Below, piece by piece: positions 63,109 to 63,685 of a DNA stretch of 63,685 bases. The stretch's first letter is position 1; every line of letters starts with the position of its first letter. The notes under the pieces are model-generated. The model was given only the letters and a program-made list of their open reading frames with translations. It had not been told where the DNA came from and searched no databases. The DNA is from a virus (lineage: Duplodnaviria > Caudoviricetes): positions 1 through 63,685 of the IMG/VR virus record IMGVR_UViG_3300047360_000121; one strand, 5' to 3'. The position numbers and the translations under genes were made by a program.

Positions 63109-63685
63109 ATGAGCGACTTCGACACCCCGATCTCCGAGCAAATCTGGGACATGAAATACCGCCTCAAGAGCGGTAACAACGGTCCGATCGACGTGACCGT
63201 GGGCGATACTTGGCGGCGCATCGCCGGGGCGCTGGCTGACGGCGAGAACCTGACCCGGCGCGACTACTACCGGAAAGAGTTTCTGGCCGTGCTGGAAGAT
63301 GGGCACTTCGTCCCGGCTGGCCGGATCATCGCTGGCGCGGGCACCGGGCGGCGCGTGACCCTCTCCAACTGCTTCACCATGGGCACGATCCCCGATGACC
63401 TCGGCGGCATCTTCGACATGCTGAAGGAGGCGGCGCTGACCATGCAGCAGGGCGGCGGCATCGGCTACGACTTCAGCCCGATCCGGCCCAAGGGTGCCCC
63501 GGTGAAGGGCGTGGACTCCGACGCCAGCGGCCCGTTGTCCTTCATGGACGTATGGGATGCCATGTGCCGCACCATCATGTCTGCCGGGTCCCGGCGCGGC
63601 GCGATGATGGCGACCATGCGGGACGATCACCCCGACATCATGGACTTCATCACGGCCAAGAAAGACCCGAACCGGCTGCGCATGT
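63109..63685 (+). CDS. nrdJ: Class II ribonucleotide reductase, N-terminal part (runs off the end and continues at the window start)
   Basis: MSDFDTPISEQIWDMKYR...FVPAGRIIAGAGTGRRVTLSNCFTMGTIPDD, in frame with the overlap. Confidence 0.93.
   Translation, partial: MSDFDTPISEQIWDMKYRLKSGNNGPIDVTVGDTWRRIAGALADGENLTRRDYYRKEFLAVLEDGHFVPAGRIIAGAGTGRRVTLSNCFTMGTIPDDLGGIFDMLKEAALTMQQGGGIGYDFSPIRPKGAPVKGVDSDASGPLSFMDVWDAMCRTIMSAGSRRGAMMATMRDDHPDIMDFITAKKDPNRLRM
63379..63685. repeat. Terminal overlap, copy 2
   Basis: Matches 9-315. Confidence 0.95.

Noticed and set aside
63379-63685. Overlap as a biological direct terminal repeat
   Set aside because: It lies inside nrdJ, while the terminase is cos-type and a cos candidate exists at 55047-55090.
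1-63685. Integrase, ParA/ParB, tRNA genes, or a reverse transcriptase/diversity-generating retroelement
   Set aside because: No corresponding motifs or cloverleafs were recognised by eye; tRNAscan and HMM searches would be needed to exclude divergent cases.

Overview
This looks like an essentially complete, circularly permuted genome (about 63.4 kb) of a high-GC tailed dsDNA phage with Chi-like (Casjensviridae-type) architecture. The host is probably an alphaproteobacterium, inferred from the GapR/DUF2312 homologue and an alphaproteobacterial-type NrdJ. The contig opens and closes inside the class II ribonucleotide reductase gene: 9-315 overlaps 63379-63685 with about 10 mismatches. The plus-strand arm (60.2 kb through the junction to 16.6 kb) carries an HD phosphohydrolase, nrdJ, an accessory fibre-like module with a 1259-aa repeat/glycoside-hydrolase/PhoD fusion, DUF932, three DNA methyltransferases, thyX, gapR, an Rmf-like protein and many small ORFs. 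The minus-strand arm (51.2 to 16.7 kb) carries replication genes (DUF2800 nuclease, DUF2815 SSB, family A polymerase, VRR-NUC, SNF2 helicase), lambda-type terminase/portal/protease/decoration/capsid, a siphovirus tail with a -1 frameshifted chaperone and a GH19-bearing tape measure, and lysis genes. A divergent HTH plus primase-helicase pair is followed by a repeat-rich non-coding region with a lambda-like cos candidate, then a compositionally distinct block of small genes. No integrase, tRNA or CRISPR array was seen. The most notable observations are an acidic + aliphatic C-terminal tag shared by 12 unrelated proteins, the fibre-glycosidase-PhoD fusion, and a small helical domain apparently shared between NrdJ and a replication-cluster protein. 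All family assignments come from motif recognition by eye; no database searches were run.
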